NCBI GenBank assembly: GCA_020439555.1
Contig: JAGQSN010000095.1
Location: 1 to 54,335, forward strand
Direction: 5' to 3'
Origin: Acidimicrobiales bacterium
Lineage (GTDB): Bacteria > Actinomycetota > Acidimicrobiia > Acidimicrobiales > Iamiaceae
Length of the DNA stretch: 54,335 nt
Shown: positions 17,666 through 26,615 of the stretch, one piece after another
How the letters are laid out: each line of letters begins with the position of its first letter
Numbering within the stretch: the first letter of the stretch is position 1
Notes under the pieces: generated by a model
Databases searched by the model: none
Told to the model about the DNA's origin: nothing
The model's input: only the letters and a program-made list of their open reading frames with translations
Position numbers and translations under genes: made by a program

Positions 17666-18919
17666 TCAGGCTTCCCCCGCGACGAACCCGAGTTTCGTCA
17701 GGTCTTCGATCAGGCCCAGATCCGTCTCCTCGGGCCGCTTCGTACCGTCGAGATTCCTCCACACCTGCGTAGCCGAAGGGTTCAGGTGGGCGATCGAGCG
17801 ATCGGTTAGCCGGTACAGGACGGCCTCTTCGGCGACGACGACCGACACGACGTCGGCCGGCCGGTGAGGGTGAGGACCGGGCAGCGAAGGTGGGACCCGG
17901 AGGGGTTCTCCGCCTACGGGTGCCGGTGCTGTCGCCTCCATCAGCGCTGCGGCAGCTTCCCTACTGTCCCCGTACCGGATGGCGAGGGCAGGGACATGAT
18001 TGGCGAAGGACGCGAACGCGAAGAGGCAACCGGTTGGATCGGTCGTCACGTCGAAGGAGTTCTCCAGGCATGCCATCACGGACTGTGCAGGTCTGAGTGG
18101 AGTGATCTCGATAACCCGCTGCTGTTCGTCGTCCTCGTCGACTCGGTCGAGGACGACGAACAGCAGCGGCGTCGCGTCGACCGGGACCGTTGCCGTGGGC
18201 GGATGGAGCGATCGGAGCGAGAGGAGTCCCGGGCGCCTCATCGAGACCGGCCTCGGGGACGCAATGACTCGGTGACCGGTAACAGCGACCACCTCGTCGT
18301 TCACGATCCCCCCGAATCGGTCGAGTGCGAGCCCGAACGTGCTCTTGCCGCTCCCTGACGGTCCGGTCACGAGGACAGCCCCATCCTGGGTGAGGACCGT
18401 GGCTGCGTGCAGGTGGGGCCAGCCCGGTTCGGCGGTGAGCGTTCGATGCGTCAACCAGGGGAGGATCTGTTCGACGACGGCGTTCTCGTCGAGGAGATAG
18501 GTGCAACCTTCGACGATCAGTTCGACCGCGTCGCCGAGGTGACGGCACTCGATCACAGCGTCCACGCTTCGGCGGGTCTCGACGATGCTCGCGCCGAAAG
18601 CCCGCCGGAGCGGATCCAGTGCGGCCTCGTCGGCCGCTACGGGTACCTCGCCCCAGGACTGGAGGATCGAGTGCGTCGACGGCTTCGGGGGAACCGGACG
18701 CGCGGCGACTGCTCGCCGGCGCGCCTGGATGTGGCGCCACGGTCCGATGACGGGCGCGGCCAGGACCTTCTCGACGTTCCAGATCCGCTCCCCGAGCCGT
18801 CGGATCGCAGTGGAGGTTCCGGATCGATCGTGCGACGGAACGTCGTTCCCGGCTCCACGGTCGAGGCCTGGATCGAGTTCGCCGCTCCCACCTGTGGTGG
18901 TCTCCACGTTGGCTTCCAC
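17666..18919 (-). CDS. HprK-related kinase with C-terminal PqqD/RRE domain
   Basis: HLHAATV..GAVLVTGPSGSGKST and VNDEV kinase motifs. The C-terminal DVVSVVVAEEAVLY...HLNPSATQVWRNLDG...LIEDLTKLGFV is PqqD-like. Confidence 0.88.
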   Translation of the reverse strand: MEANVETTTGGSGELDPGLDRGAGNDVPSHDRSGTSTAIRRLGERIWNVEKVLAAPVIGPWRHIQARRRAVAARPVPPKPSTHSILQSWGEVPVAADEAALDPLRRAFGASIVETRRSVDAVIECRHLGDAVELIVEGCTYLLDENAVVEQILPWLTHRTLTAEPGWPHLHAATVLTQDGAVLVTGPSGSGKSTFGLALDRFGGIVNDEVVAVTGHRVIASPRPVSMRRPGLLSLRSLHPPTATVPVDATPLLFVVLDRVDEDDEQQRVIEITPLRPAQSVMACLENSFDVTTDPTGCLFAFASFANHVPALAIRYGDSREAAAALMEATAPAPVGGEPLRVPPSLPGPHPHRPADVVSVVVAEEAVLYRLTDRSIAHLNPSATQVWRNLDGTKRPEETDLGLIEDLTKLGFVAGEA

Positions 18920-19043
18920 GTGCTCGTTCCGTCAGGCGGTGTTTGAACCCTGCCAGATCGTAGTTGGAGCAGATGCGACGGTCATTGGACCGTGGAGCGG
19001 CGCTACCGAACAGCCACGTGCGGAATGAGCAGTCGGGGAGACG

Positions 19044-20084
19044 TCAGTTGAGGGTCAGATACACGTATCCGTCGACGCCGTGGTAGCCGTGCTCGTTCGT
19101 GCCGGCCGCGCCACCGTTGGACCCGGCCCGCGCCGTCACCGAACCGGTTACACCCAGCACGAACGCGGAGCCGCTTCCGCCGCCACCGCCACCGTCGTTG
19201 TTGCCGCCACCGGCGTCGCCGCCACCGCCGCCGCCGCCGCCCCAGTGGCCGCCGCCACCGCCGCCTCCGCCGCCGCTGTCGTCAGATCCATCGGACTGGC
19301 CCGCACCTCCGTTCCCGCCGGAGCTCTGTGTCCCTGCGCCACCGTCGTTGCTGTCGGAAGGCCAACCCGATTCACCTCCGGCGCCTCCGCTGGACGTCCA
19401 GCCGCCCCCGCCGCCCTTGCCGCCGTAGGTGATCTGACCGGCTCCGCCGGAGAGGCCGGCGGAGGCGTTGTTGTTCGCGATCGACGTGCTCAGGTTCGAG
19501 CCGCCGTAACCGCCGTGGTAGCCCGGATCGTCTCCGGAACCGCCGCCACCTCCGCCGCCTGGGGCGACGATGTTTATCGACGTCGAGTACGACAAGCGCG
19601 TCGCGCCGCCGCCGCCACCACCGGCTCCGGCGTTGCTCGGTCCGTCGGCGGCGTTGCCGCCCTTGGGGGAACCGGTTCCGCCGCTACCGGATGTGGACCC
19701 GATCCGGTCGGCGTTGCGGCCCTGCTGCCCGATGACGATGGTGAGGGTGTAGTAGCCGGCTCCGCCTGGTGCGGCGATGTCGCCCTCGAGTTCTGTGCCT
19801 TTCCCTCCGGCACCACCGCTGAGACCCGACTTCGTGCCGCTACCGCCGCCTCCGCCTGCGCCGCTGATGCGGAAGTGGACGCTCCGCGCCTTCGGAACCC
19901 CGACGGAATAGGTACCGGCCGCTGTGCGGCTCTATGGGAAGTCCGAGGTGGCGGCGGCAGCGGGTGATGCCAGGCTGTCGACGACAACGGGTGCCGCCCA
20001 CGCTGCGCCGGCGACCAGTGCCCCGGCTCGCAGGACGCGGCGACGTTCGACGCTCAGATCTGCGCCCGGTACTTCTTCCACCAT
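19044..20084 (-). pseudogene. Tat-signal glycine-rich secreted protein (346 codons) with one in-frame TAG at codon 51
   Basis: GGAGGG RBS and ATG at 20084, giving MVEEVPGADLSVERRRVLRAGALVAGAAWAAPVVVDSLASPAAAATSDFP*(19934-19932). The frame then stays open (SRTAAGTYSVGVP...ISGAGGGGG...TLTIVIG...GGGGGAT...) into the 19044-19595 ORF. Confidence 0.8.
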
Positions 20085-20278
20085 CGAGTTCCCTCCAGAC
20101 ACTCAGTGCTTGCGAGGGTAGTCGGGGTCAGGTGCGCGTTGGAAGGCAGGAGATGTACGTCACCCGAGTCTCACCTCTGCTCCGGCTCGGTTCTCCTGCG
20201 GGTTGTCGTCGGATGGGATGAGGTTCCCTCGGACCGGAACGCCGCTATTTCCCCTGCCGCCGAAGTAGCGTCCTCGTC

Positions 20279-20752
20279 ATGTCCAGGTTCGGGGCGTGGG
20301 GAGCGTCCGCTCACCTGGTGGTCGGTGCTGCGCTGTGTTGCATGATCATCATCGCCGTGTTTCCGTACAGACTCGAGTACGCGGCCCACGTGATTGCAGG
20401 CATCGGACTCGCCGGCATCGTTGTCGGATGGACCACCGGTGGCGATCGCGATCGAAACGGCATGTCGATCGACTGGCGGGTAGCGCTGTCGGTCGTGGGT
20501 GGCGTTGCAGTCGCCGGAGTGGCATCGGACCTGACTGTCACAGGCCCGCTGGACGTGCTCGACGTGACGAACACCGTGATGGGTGGCCTGATGGGGTTGG
20601 TGATCCTGCAGTCGGGCTGGGAGGTGCTTCCCACCGAGCGCCCCGGCAGGGTGCGGCTCGCGGTATCCGGTGCTCTCATCGTCGGTATCGGGTTCGCTCT
20701 GCGATATCCGCTCCAGCACCTGCTGAAGAGTGTCTGGTGGTACGGGACGTGA
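20279..20752 (+). CDS. Hypothetical integral membrane protein
   Basis: About five hydrophobic segments; AHVIAG and DVLDVTNTVMGG are loosely VanZ-like. Coupled to the next gene by GTGA. Confidence 0.65.
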   Translation: MSRFGAWGASAHLVVGAALCCMIIIAVFPYRLEYAAHVIAGIGLAGIVVGWTTGGDRDRNGMSIDWRVALSVVGGVAVAGVASDLTVTGPLDVLDVTNTVMGGLMGLVILQSGWEVLPTERPGRVRLAVSGALIVGIGFALRYPLQHLLKSVWWYGT

Positions 20753-21153
20753 GCCGTGGGCTTCGTGTCGGGATCTGCTTGGCGGTGCTGTTGGCCGGTG
20801 GGATCCAGGTTTCGGTGGCCTTCAGCCGTTCGCTGATCCCGTATCGGATCGACGGGACGTTGCGACGGACGGGTGTGGTGACCGACTCGCACCAGCAGTT
20901 GCTGACGCTCACGGTCGACAAGACGACCTATGAAGTGGACGACACGCGGGTTGCGGGGATTCGGATCGGTCGCCACATAACCAAGGATCCGTGGTCTGCG
21001 ACGATGCTTCTCGACGGGCGCAAGCCGTTCCGCCTGGCGGTGGGCGACGAGGTGTTCCGGTTCCTTCTTCTGACAGTCCTCGCGTGTTCTGCGGCCTGGT
21101 TGCTGACCGGGAAGGCGGGGCGAGGAGCAGGCGATCCCGACGAGACATCATGA
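20749..21153 (+). CDS. Hypothetical protein with N- and C-terminal TM helices
   Basis: GTG 20749 overlaps the upstream stop and its own stop overlaps the deacetylase ATG. A beta-rich middle lies between two TMs. Confidence 0.65.
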   Translation: MSRGLRVGICLAVLLAGGIQVSVAFSRSLIPYRIDGTLRRTGVVTDSHQQLLTLTVDKTTYEVDDTRVAGIRIGRHITKDPWSATMLLDGRKPFRLAVGDEVFRFLLLTVLACSAAWLLTGKAGRGAGDPDETS

Positions 21154-22136
21154 ATTCGCTCCGGACCCAGATCGCTGCCCGCGTCCATGCTCGGACGCCA
21201 CTCCCCAGAACTCCGAGAGCAGTTCGCGTTCTCACCTACCACGGGCTGGTCGAAACGAAGCTCGATCCCCGCCTGGAGCGGAACTTCCACACTTTCGATC
21301 AGTTTCGATCCCACCTCCGGATTCTCAGGCGACACCGAGTCGTCTCGGTGGACGAACTGGAGGCGGGTGAGGTCCCGAGCGGTCCGTGGCACCCAGGCCG
21401 CTCGACAGTGGTGATCACCTTCGACGACGGATACAGCAACAACTTGGAAGCGGCCTCGATGCTCGAGGCTGCGGGATTACCGTGGGCGGTGTTCGTGTCG
21501 ACGGGGGCGATCGGAACGGGTGTCCCGATCTGGACGAACACACTGGCGATGCTTCTTCTACACGGTCGACCGCGTTCCGGAACGGTCGACCTCGCAGGTA
21601 AGTGTTGGCCTCTCGCTTCGCGCGAGGACCGACTGGCCTGCTTCAACTCGGTACGCGGGGGTTTCAAGACCTTGGCAAGGGCAACGCGGCTTGCCGCGAT
21701 GGACGACCTGGCCGGGCAGTTCGACGACGGTGAGGTCGAGCGGCTCGTCGTGGACATCCCGTCGATGTCGATGTTGTCCTGGGAGGACCTCGACGAGATG
21801 AGTCGATCAGGGGTCACGGTCGGCAGTCATGGAGTGCACCACGAACTGCACAACCCGGCGCAGCCCGACGACGTGCTCAGGGACGAACTGAAGGGTTCCA
21901 GAGACGACATCGTTCGGAGGCTCCAGGTTCGGTGCACGACCTTGGCCTACCCCAACGGTGACTACACCTCACGGTCGATCGAACTTGCGGATGAGATCGG
22001 ATACCGCACGGCATTCACCACCGAGGACGGCCTCGCGACGCCTGATCGTCGGATGCTCGCGTTGCCGCGTATCAGCGCCCCGGGCACCGAGAGCGGATTC
22101 ATTCGGGCACTCCTCGCCGGGACCGCTGCGCGATAG
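21150..22136 (+). CDS. Polysaccharide deacetylase (NodB/CE4)
   Basis: VLTYHG, VITFDDGY, LSWEDL, VGSHGVHH, LAYPNG and LPRI motifs. Confidence 0.93.
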   Translation: MNSLRTQIAARVHARTPLPRTPRAVRVLTYHGLVETKLDPRLERNFHTFDQFRSHLRILRRHRVVSVDELEAGEVPSGPWHPGRSTVVITFDDGYSNNLEAASMLEAAGLPWAVFVSTGAIGTGVPIWTNTLAMLLLHGRPRSGTVDLAGKCWPLASREDRLACFNSVRGGFKTLARATRLAAMDDLAGQFDDGEVERLVVDIPSMSMLSWEDLDEMSRSGVTVGSHGVHHELHNPAQPDDVLRDELKGSRDDIVRRLQVRCTTLAYPNGDYTSRSIELADEIGYRTAFTTEDGLATPDRRMLALPRISAPGTESGFIRALLAGTAAR

Positions 22137-22202
22137 CGCCACCGGCGTTGCGATACGGCGACCGTGGACGGATCGACGGCCTTGGCTCGGCTCCGTTTCC
22201 AG

Positions 22203-24059
22203 TCACGAACGTGGCAGAGGGCGGAGGTGGCGTTCGGCCCACTCCTGCAGAGCGAGAAGGTGCCACAGAGGCCTCGAGTTGTCCTGGCCCATCTGATGGG
22301 AGTCGACCAACTGTCGGACCTCGTTCCGGTCGAACGCGTCCGCTAGTACGACCGGGTTCTCCACGACGCGCTCGACCAGTCGATCGGACAGAGCGCCTCG
22401 GAACCAGTTTGCCAACGGCGGATCGAATCCCTTCTTCGGCTTCGTGATGATCGACTCCGGCACGTAGTCCGCCAAGGCCTGGCGGAGTGGCAGCTTGCCG
22501 ATGCCCCCGTCCATGCAGACCTCGGGATCGGTGGCGATCGCGGCGCTGACGACCTCGTCGTCCAACAACGGGACGCGCACCTCGAGCGACTCGTGCATGC
22601 TGGCGCGGTCGACCTTCAGGAGCATCTTCTCGAGGTGGCCGACCATTTCGTTCCGTCGGAGCCACTGTGCGAGTTCAGCGCGCTTGGGGACACTCTCGAG
22701 GTCGTAGAGGTCGAAGTCGCCCGGGAGTTCCCCGAGGCCCGGTGCGATGGACCTCAACCGACGGCCGCCGAACTCGGAGTGGGGCAGCGAGACCATGTCC
22801 CCGATGGTCCCGATCGTGGAACCTTCGTTCGGCTGGAGGGACGGCCAACGATGCAGCGCCTTGCGGACGGCGCGGCGGGCGAGGGGTGGAAGGTGAAACG
22901 TCTGCCGCCACCGGAGCGCGTTCCACATCCTCGGATACCCGAAGAACAACTCGTCACCACCATCGCCCGAGAGCGCGACGGTCACGTGCTTTCTGGCCAG
23001 TCTCGACACCAGCATCGTCGGGAACGCCGAGATGTCACCGAAGGGTTCGCCGTAGGCATCGATCACGTCGTCGAAAAGGTTCAGAGCGTCCGTCTCGGTG
23101 ATCGTCTCGACCTGGTGTGCGACCTGGAGTTGCCTCGCATACCGGGCGGCCTGCCCGCTCTCGTCGAGGTCGACGTCGTCGGTTCCGATGGTGAAGGCAG
23201 GCACCGGTGCCGAGTGGCCCGCGTGCGCGACAGCCGTAACGAGTGGCGAATCGATGCCACCCGAGAGAAAGGTGCCCACCGGGACGTCGGCGACCAGTTG
23301 CCGGTCTACGGCGGTTCGGATCGCGGAAAGGACTTGACGCTGAGCCTCGTCTCCCCGCAGGAGCGGTGGCGAGGCCTCGGGAACGGCCCAGTACCTCGTG
23401 TGCCGGACCGGGCCGTTCGGCGACCATCGGACGATGCTTCCCTGTGGAACCTGTCGAGTTCCCTCGACGATGCCGTACGGCGACGGCACGTAACCGAATC
23501 GGAGGAACAGCGCTGTGACGTCGGGTCGGAGTCTCTGGCGCTCGCACCACGGATGGCGGATGACGGCGTCGTACTGGGAGGAGAAGACGATCCCCTTCGG
23601 GTGCTCGAGCCAGGCCAGCGGCTTGATGCCGAGTGGATCGCGGGCGAGGAGGACGGAATGGTCGCGCCGGTCGACGAGGGCGAGGGCGAACATTCCGTTC
23701 AAGCGAGGGAGCGCGTCCTCTCCCCAGCGGACCAGCGCGTGCAGGACCACCTCGGTGTCCGAGCGCGAAACGAAACGGACTCCCTCGCTCTCGAGGTCTG
23801 CGCGGAGGGACCTGTGGTTGTAGATCTCACCGTTGAACACCAGTGCCCAACGTCCATCGGGTGTGGTCATGGGCTGGTGGCCGGCAGGGGAGAGGTCCAT
23901 CACGGCCAGACGCCTGAATCCGAGCGCGGAGTGGCTGTCGACCAGGTGTCCGGAATCGTCCGGCCCCCGGCGGGCGAGTAGATCCGTGAGTCGGTGGGTC
24001 GCTTCGACCTCGGCGTCGGTCAGTTCACCGCGTGAGATCGTGCCGACGAAGCCACACAT
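22203..24059 (-). CDS. asnB: Asparagine synthase (glutamine-hydrolysing) family amidotransferase
   Basis: MCGF N-terminus, RRGPD, FNGEIYN, LSGGIDS, ALSGDGGDELFFGY and KVDRASM..SLEVRVP. Confidence 0.95.
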   Translation of the reverse strand: MCGFVGTISRGELTDAEVEATHRLTDLLARRGPDDSGHLVDSHSALGFRRLAVMDLSPAGHQPMTTPDGRWALVFNGEIYNHRSLRADLESEGVRFVSRSDTEVVLHALVRWGEDALPRLNGMFALALVDRRDHSVLLARDPLGIKPLAWLEHPKGIVFSSQYDAVIRHPWCERQRLRPDVTALFLRFGYVPSPYGIVEGTRQVPQGSIVRWSPNGPVRHTRYWAVPEASPPLLRGDEAQRQVLSAIRTAVDRQLVADVPVGTFLSGGIDSPLVTAVAHAGHSAPVPAFTIGTDDVDLDESGQAARYARQLQVAHQVETITETDALNLFDDVIDAYGEPFGDISAFPTMLVSRLARKHVTVALSGDGGDELFFGYPRMWNALRWRQTFHLPPLARRAVRKALHRWPSLQPNEGSTIGTIGDMVSLPHSEFGGRRLRSIAPGLGELPGDFDLYDLESVPKRAELAQWLRRNEMVGHLEKMLLKVDRASMHESLEVRVPLLDDEVVSAAIATDPEVCMDGGIGKLPLRQALADYVPESIITKPKKGFDPPLANWFRGALSDRLVERVVENPVVLADAFDRNEVRQLVDSHQMGQDNSRPLWHLLALQEWAERHLRPLPRS

Positions 24060-24133
24060 CTCCCCCTCCTTCGGCTCCGGTGCGTCGACGGATCGTATGC
24101 GTTCGACATCCGGAGCAGTGCAGTGCCCGACAC

Positions 24134-25357
24134 CTATCGACGCCGCTGGATGGCCGTCTCGTAGAAGCTGATCCAGTCGTCGAGTTGATCGTGAAGTCCG
24201 AATCGGGTTCTCGCCCGTTCAGCGCCCGCGTTGCCCATGGCGGCTCTCTTGTCGCCGTCTGCGGCGAGAGCATCGATGGCGCTCGCCATCGATGCGGGGT
24301 CCCGGCGCCCAACGACCAGGCCGGTGCGACCGTGTTCCACGTTGTCCGCAAGTCCGTACGCGTCCGTGCTGACGACCGGGACCCCGTGTGCCTGGGCCTC
24401 GAGAGCGGCGTTGCAGAATCCCTCGAACGTCGACGCCTGGACGAAGAGATCGGCCCACTGGAACTGCTGTGCCACTTCGTCCGCCGGAAGAGCACCGACG
24501 AAGGTCACGATCTCGTCGAGACCGAGGTCGTGCCGCCAGTAGTGGACCCATTCGAAAAGGTCACCGTCACCGACGATGCGGACCTCGACGTGGAGCCCTT
24601 GGTGCACCGCTCTTGCGATGGCGTCCAGCATGTGGTCGTAACCCTTGACCCAGTGGAGCCTCCCGACAGCCAGAATCCGCAGTGGCGAGTCGACGGTGCC
24701 GAGTCGTCCCGGCCGGGGCTCGGAGATCTGGATGGAGTCGGCGTCGACGGCGGGAGGGATGACGGTGTGGGCAAGGTTCTCCGGTGCCCCGCGTTCCAAC
24801 GCTCTCCTCCACAGCGCCTCGCTGAGGACGTGGATGCCGTCGGCGGAGGTCCAGACGTCGCGGTAGTGGTTCGCGTTCTCCAACCCGACGTAGGCGAGAT
24901 CGAAGCCGCGGAAGGACACGGTCATCGCGGTGCCACCGTGTTGGCCGATGTCGGTGCGTCCTACGGCCAGTGAGCCGAACTCGAAGTGCACGACGTCGGC
25001 CCGGAGGCGTTGAACGGGTGCGTCCGCCAGGAGATGCCTGATCCGCGCGCCCCATCCATCGGTGTCGTTGCTCAGGTAGTTGCGTCGGACTGGTGCGGGA
25101 ATCGCGGCGGCAGCGCGCGCGTGTTCGGCCAACGAAGCCGTGATGGTTCCGCGGCGAATCGATGGCGCGGTCAGGTGAACCCTGTCGCGGAGCCCGTGGA
25201 TCCTGTGACCTGCGGCGAAGTTGTCCCACTCCTCCTTCGGGGACGAGGCGCAGACGATGTGGACGTCGACTCCACGTTCGGCGAGCCCGACGGCCTTGTT
25301 GCTGACGAACGTCTCGGACAGCTTCGGGAACGTGGGCACGACGAGAACCACCCTCAC
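24134..25357 (-). CDS. GT4 glycosyltransferase (WcaL-like)
   Basis: FPKLSETFV, VSFRGFD, VGRLHWVKG and EGFCNAALEAQA (Ex7E). Confidence 0.92.
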   Translation of the reverse strand: MRVVLVVPTFPKLSETFVSNKAVGLAERGVDVHIVCASSPKEEWDNFAAGHRIHGLRDRVHLTAPSIRRGTITASLAEHARAAAAIPAPVRRNYLSNDTDGWGARIRHLLADAPVQRLRADVVHFEFGSLAVGRTDIGQHGGTAMTVSFRGFDLAYVGLENANHYRDVWTSADGIHVLSEALWRRALERGAPENLAHTVIPPAVDADSIQISEPRPGRLGTVDSPLRILAVGRLHWVKGYDHMLDAIARAVHQGLHVEVRIVGDGDLFEWVHYWRHDLGLDEIVTFVGALPADEVAQQFQWADLFVQASTFEGFCNAALEAQAHGVPVVSTDAYGLADNVEHGRTGLVVGRRDPASMASAIDALAADGDKRAAMGNAGAERARTRFGLHDQLDDWISFYETAIQRRR

Positions 25358-26553
25358 CGTCCGGCCACCTCGTGGAACAGCGTGGTGAAGGATTCGATCT
25401 GGTCGGCGAGCCTGAAGTGTCGCTCGACACGCTCGCGGCCAGAGTCGCCGAATCGGCGTCGCAGACCCGGATCTGAAGCAAGGTCGCCAAGGCGTCGCGC
25501 CGTGATCTCCGGCGAACGGACGGGTACGACGAAGCCGTCGACGCCGTCGCGGACGGCTTCGGCCATCCCCCCGGCGTCGGTGGTGACGACCGGCAACGCG
25601 GTCGCCATGGCTTCGAGCACAGCGTTGGAGATCCCTTCCGTGAAGCTGGTGTGGAGGAAGACGTCCGAATCCCGCAGGAGCGCGCCTACCCCGTCTGCCG
25701 ATATCGGCCCCAGAAGCTGGACGCAGTCAACGAGTCCGAGGTCGTCGATCGTGTAGCGCAGGTGTTGCGAGTCCGGGCCTTTGCCGACGATGCGAAGTTC
25801 GACGTCGAAACCGAGATCACGCGCGATGCCGACGGCCCGGATCGCGTGCTCGTAGTTCTTCGCCAGTCCCAGGTTTCCCACCGCCACAGCGCGCAACGCG
25901 CCGGTCGCGTTCCCCGTCCGAACCGGGAACGAGTCCGGGTCGATGGCAGGACGGATGATGCGCACCTTCTCATCACGGAGTCCCCAGCGGGCTGCATCCG
26001 CGGCGATCGATTCGGAAACGCAATGGACCGCGGCCGAGCGTTCGAAGACCGTTCTCAAGGCGTCACGGTGCGCGTGACGCCGGGGATTCCACGGAGCCAC
26101 GGTGACGAGCGATCCTCTACAGGATGTGACGACCGGAATCCCGAGTTCGAAGATGTCGAGGTCGGCGGTCAGCGAGTTGATCCAGGGCACGTAGAGGACG
26201 TCTGCGCCGGACCCGGCGACCGGGTCGCCGTCGAGCGTGGTTCGCAGCATGCCTCGGAGTCGATTTCCGGCGTCGGTCGGGGATGCCGACCGGAGGACGA
26301 GCCGCGCCATCGCTCGGGAGTTCGGGCGGTCGGGTCCCGGTATCCATGACGCTCGAAGATCCGCCATGTACGTCTGCGGAGGGGGCGCCGACGAGACGAA
26401 CGTGATCTCGGTCCCTGCGGCGCGGAGGCCTCGGACGAGCCGGTCGATGAAGGTCTCGGGCGGCCATCCGCCGGAGATGATTGCGACGTGTAGAGGTCTG
26501 CTGCGGGCCGAGTCGCCGAATCCGGCTGCCGAACCACGTGCGAATCGGTCCAT
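25354..26553 (-). CDS. GT4 glycosyltransferase
   Basis: PPETFI, TSCRG and EGISNAVLEAMA..LPVVTTDAGG; stop overlaps the next gene's start. Confidence 0.92.
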   Translation of the reverse strand: MDRFARGSAAGFGDSARSRPLHVAIISGGWPPETFIDRLVRGLRAAGTEITFVSSAPPPQTYMADLRASWIPGPDRPNSRAMARLVLRSASPTDAGNRLRGMLRTTLDGDPVAGSGADVLYVPWINSLTADLDIFELGIPVVTSCRGSLVTVAPWNPRRHAHRDALRTVFERSAAVHCVSESIAADAARWGLRDEKVRIIRPAIDPDSFPVRTGNATGALRAVAVGNLGLAKNYEHAIRAVGIARDLGFDVELRIVGKGPDSQHLRYTIDDLGLVDCVQLLGPISADGVGALLRDSDVFLHTSFTEGISNAVLEAMATALPVVTTDAGGMAEAVRDGVDGFVVPVRSPEITARRLGDLASDPGLRRRFGDSGRERVERHFRLADQIESFTTLFHEVAGR

Positions 26554-26615
26554 CAACGCCGCGAACCGTAGCGTGTCGTCCAGCCGACATTTCCGAGGGG
26601 GAGCACGCGGTACCG

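Noticed and set aside
19099-19752. Proline-rich plus-strand ORFs
   Set aside because: They are the antisense reading of the poly-Gly codons.
19932-19934. Pyrrolysine recoding of the in-frame TAG
   Set aside because: No pyl genes in the window, and TAG is used as a normal stop elsewhere (5876, 13190, 22136).
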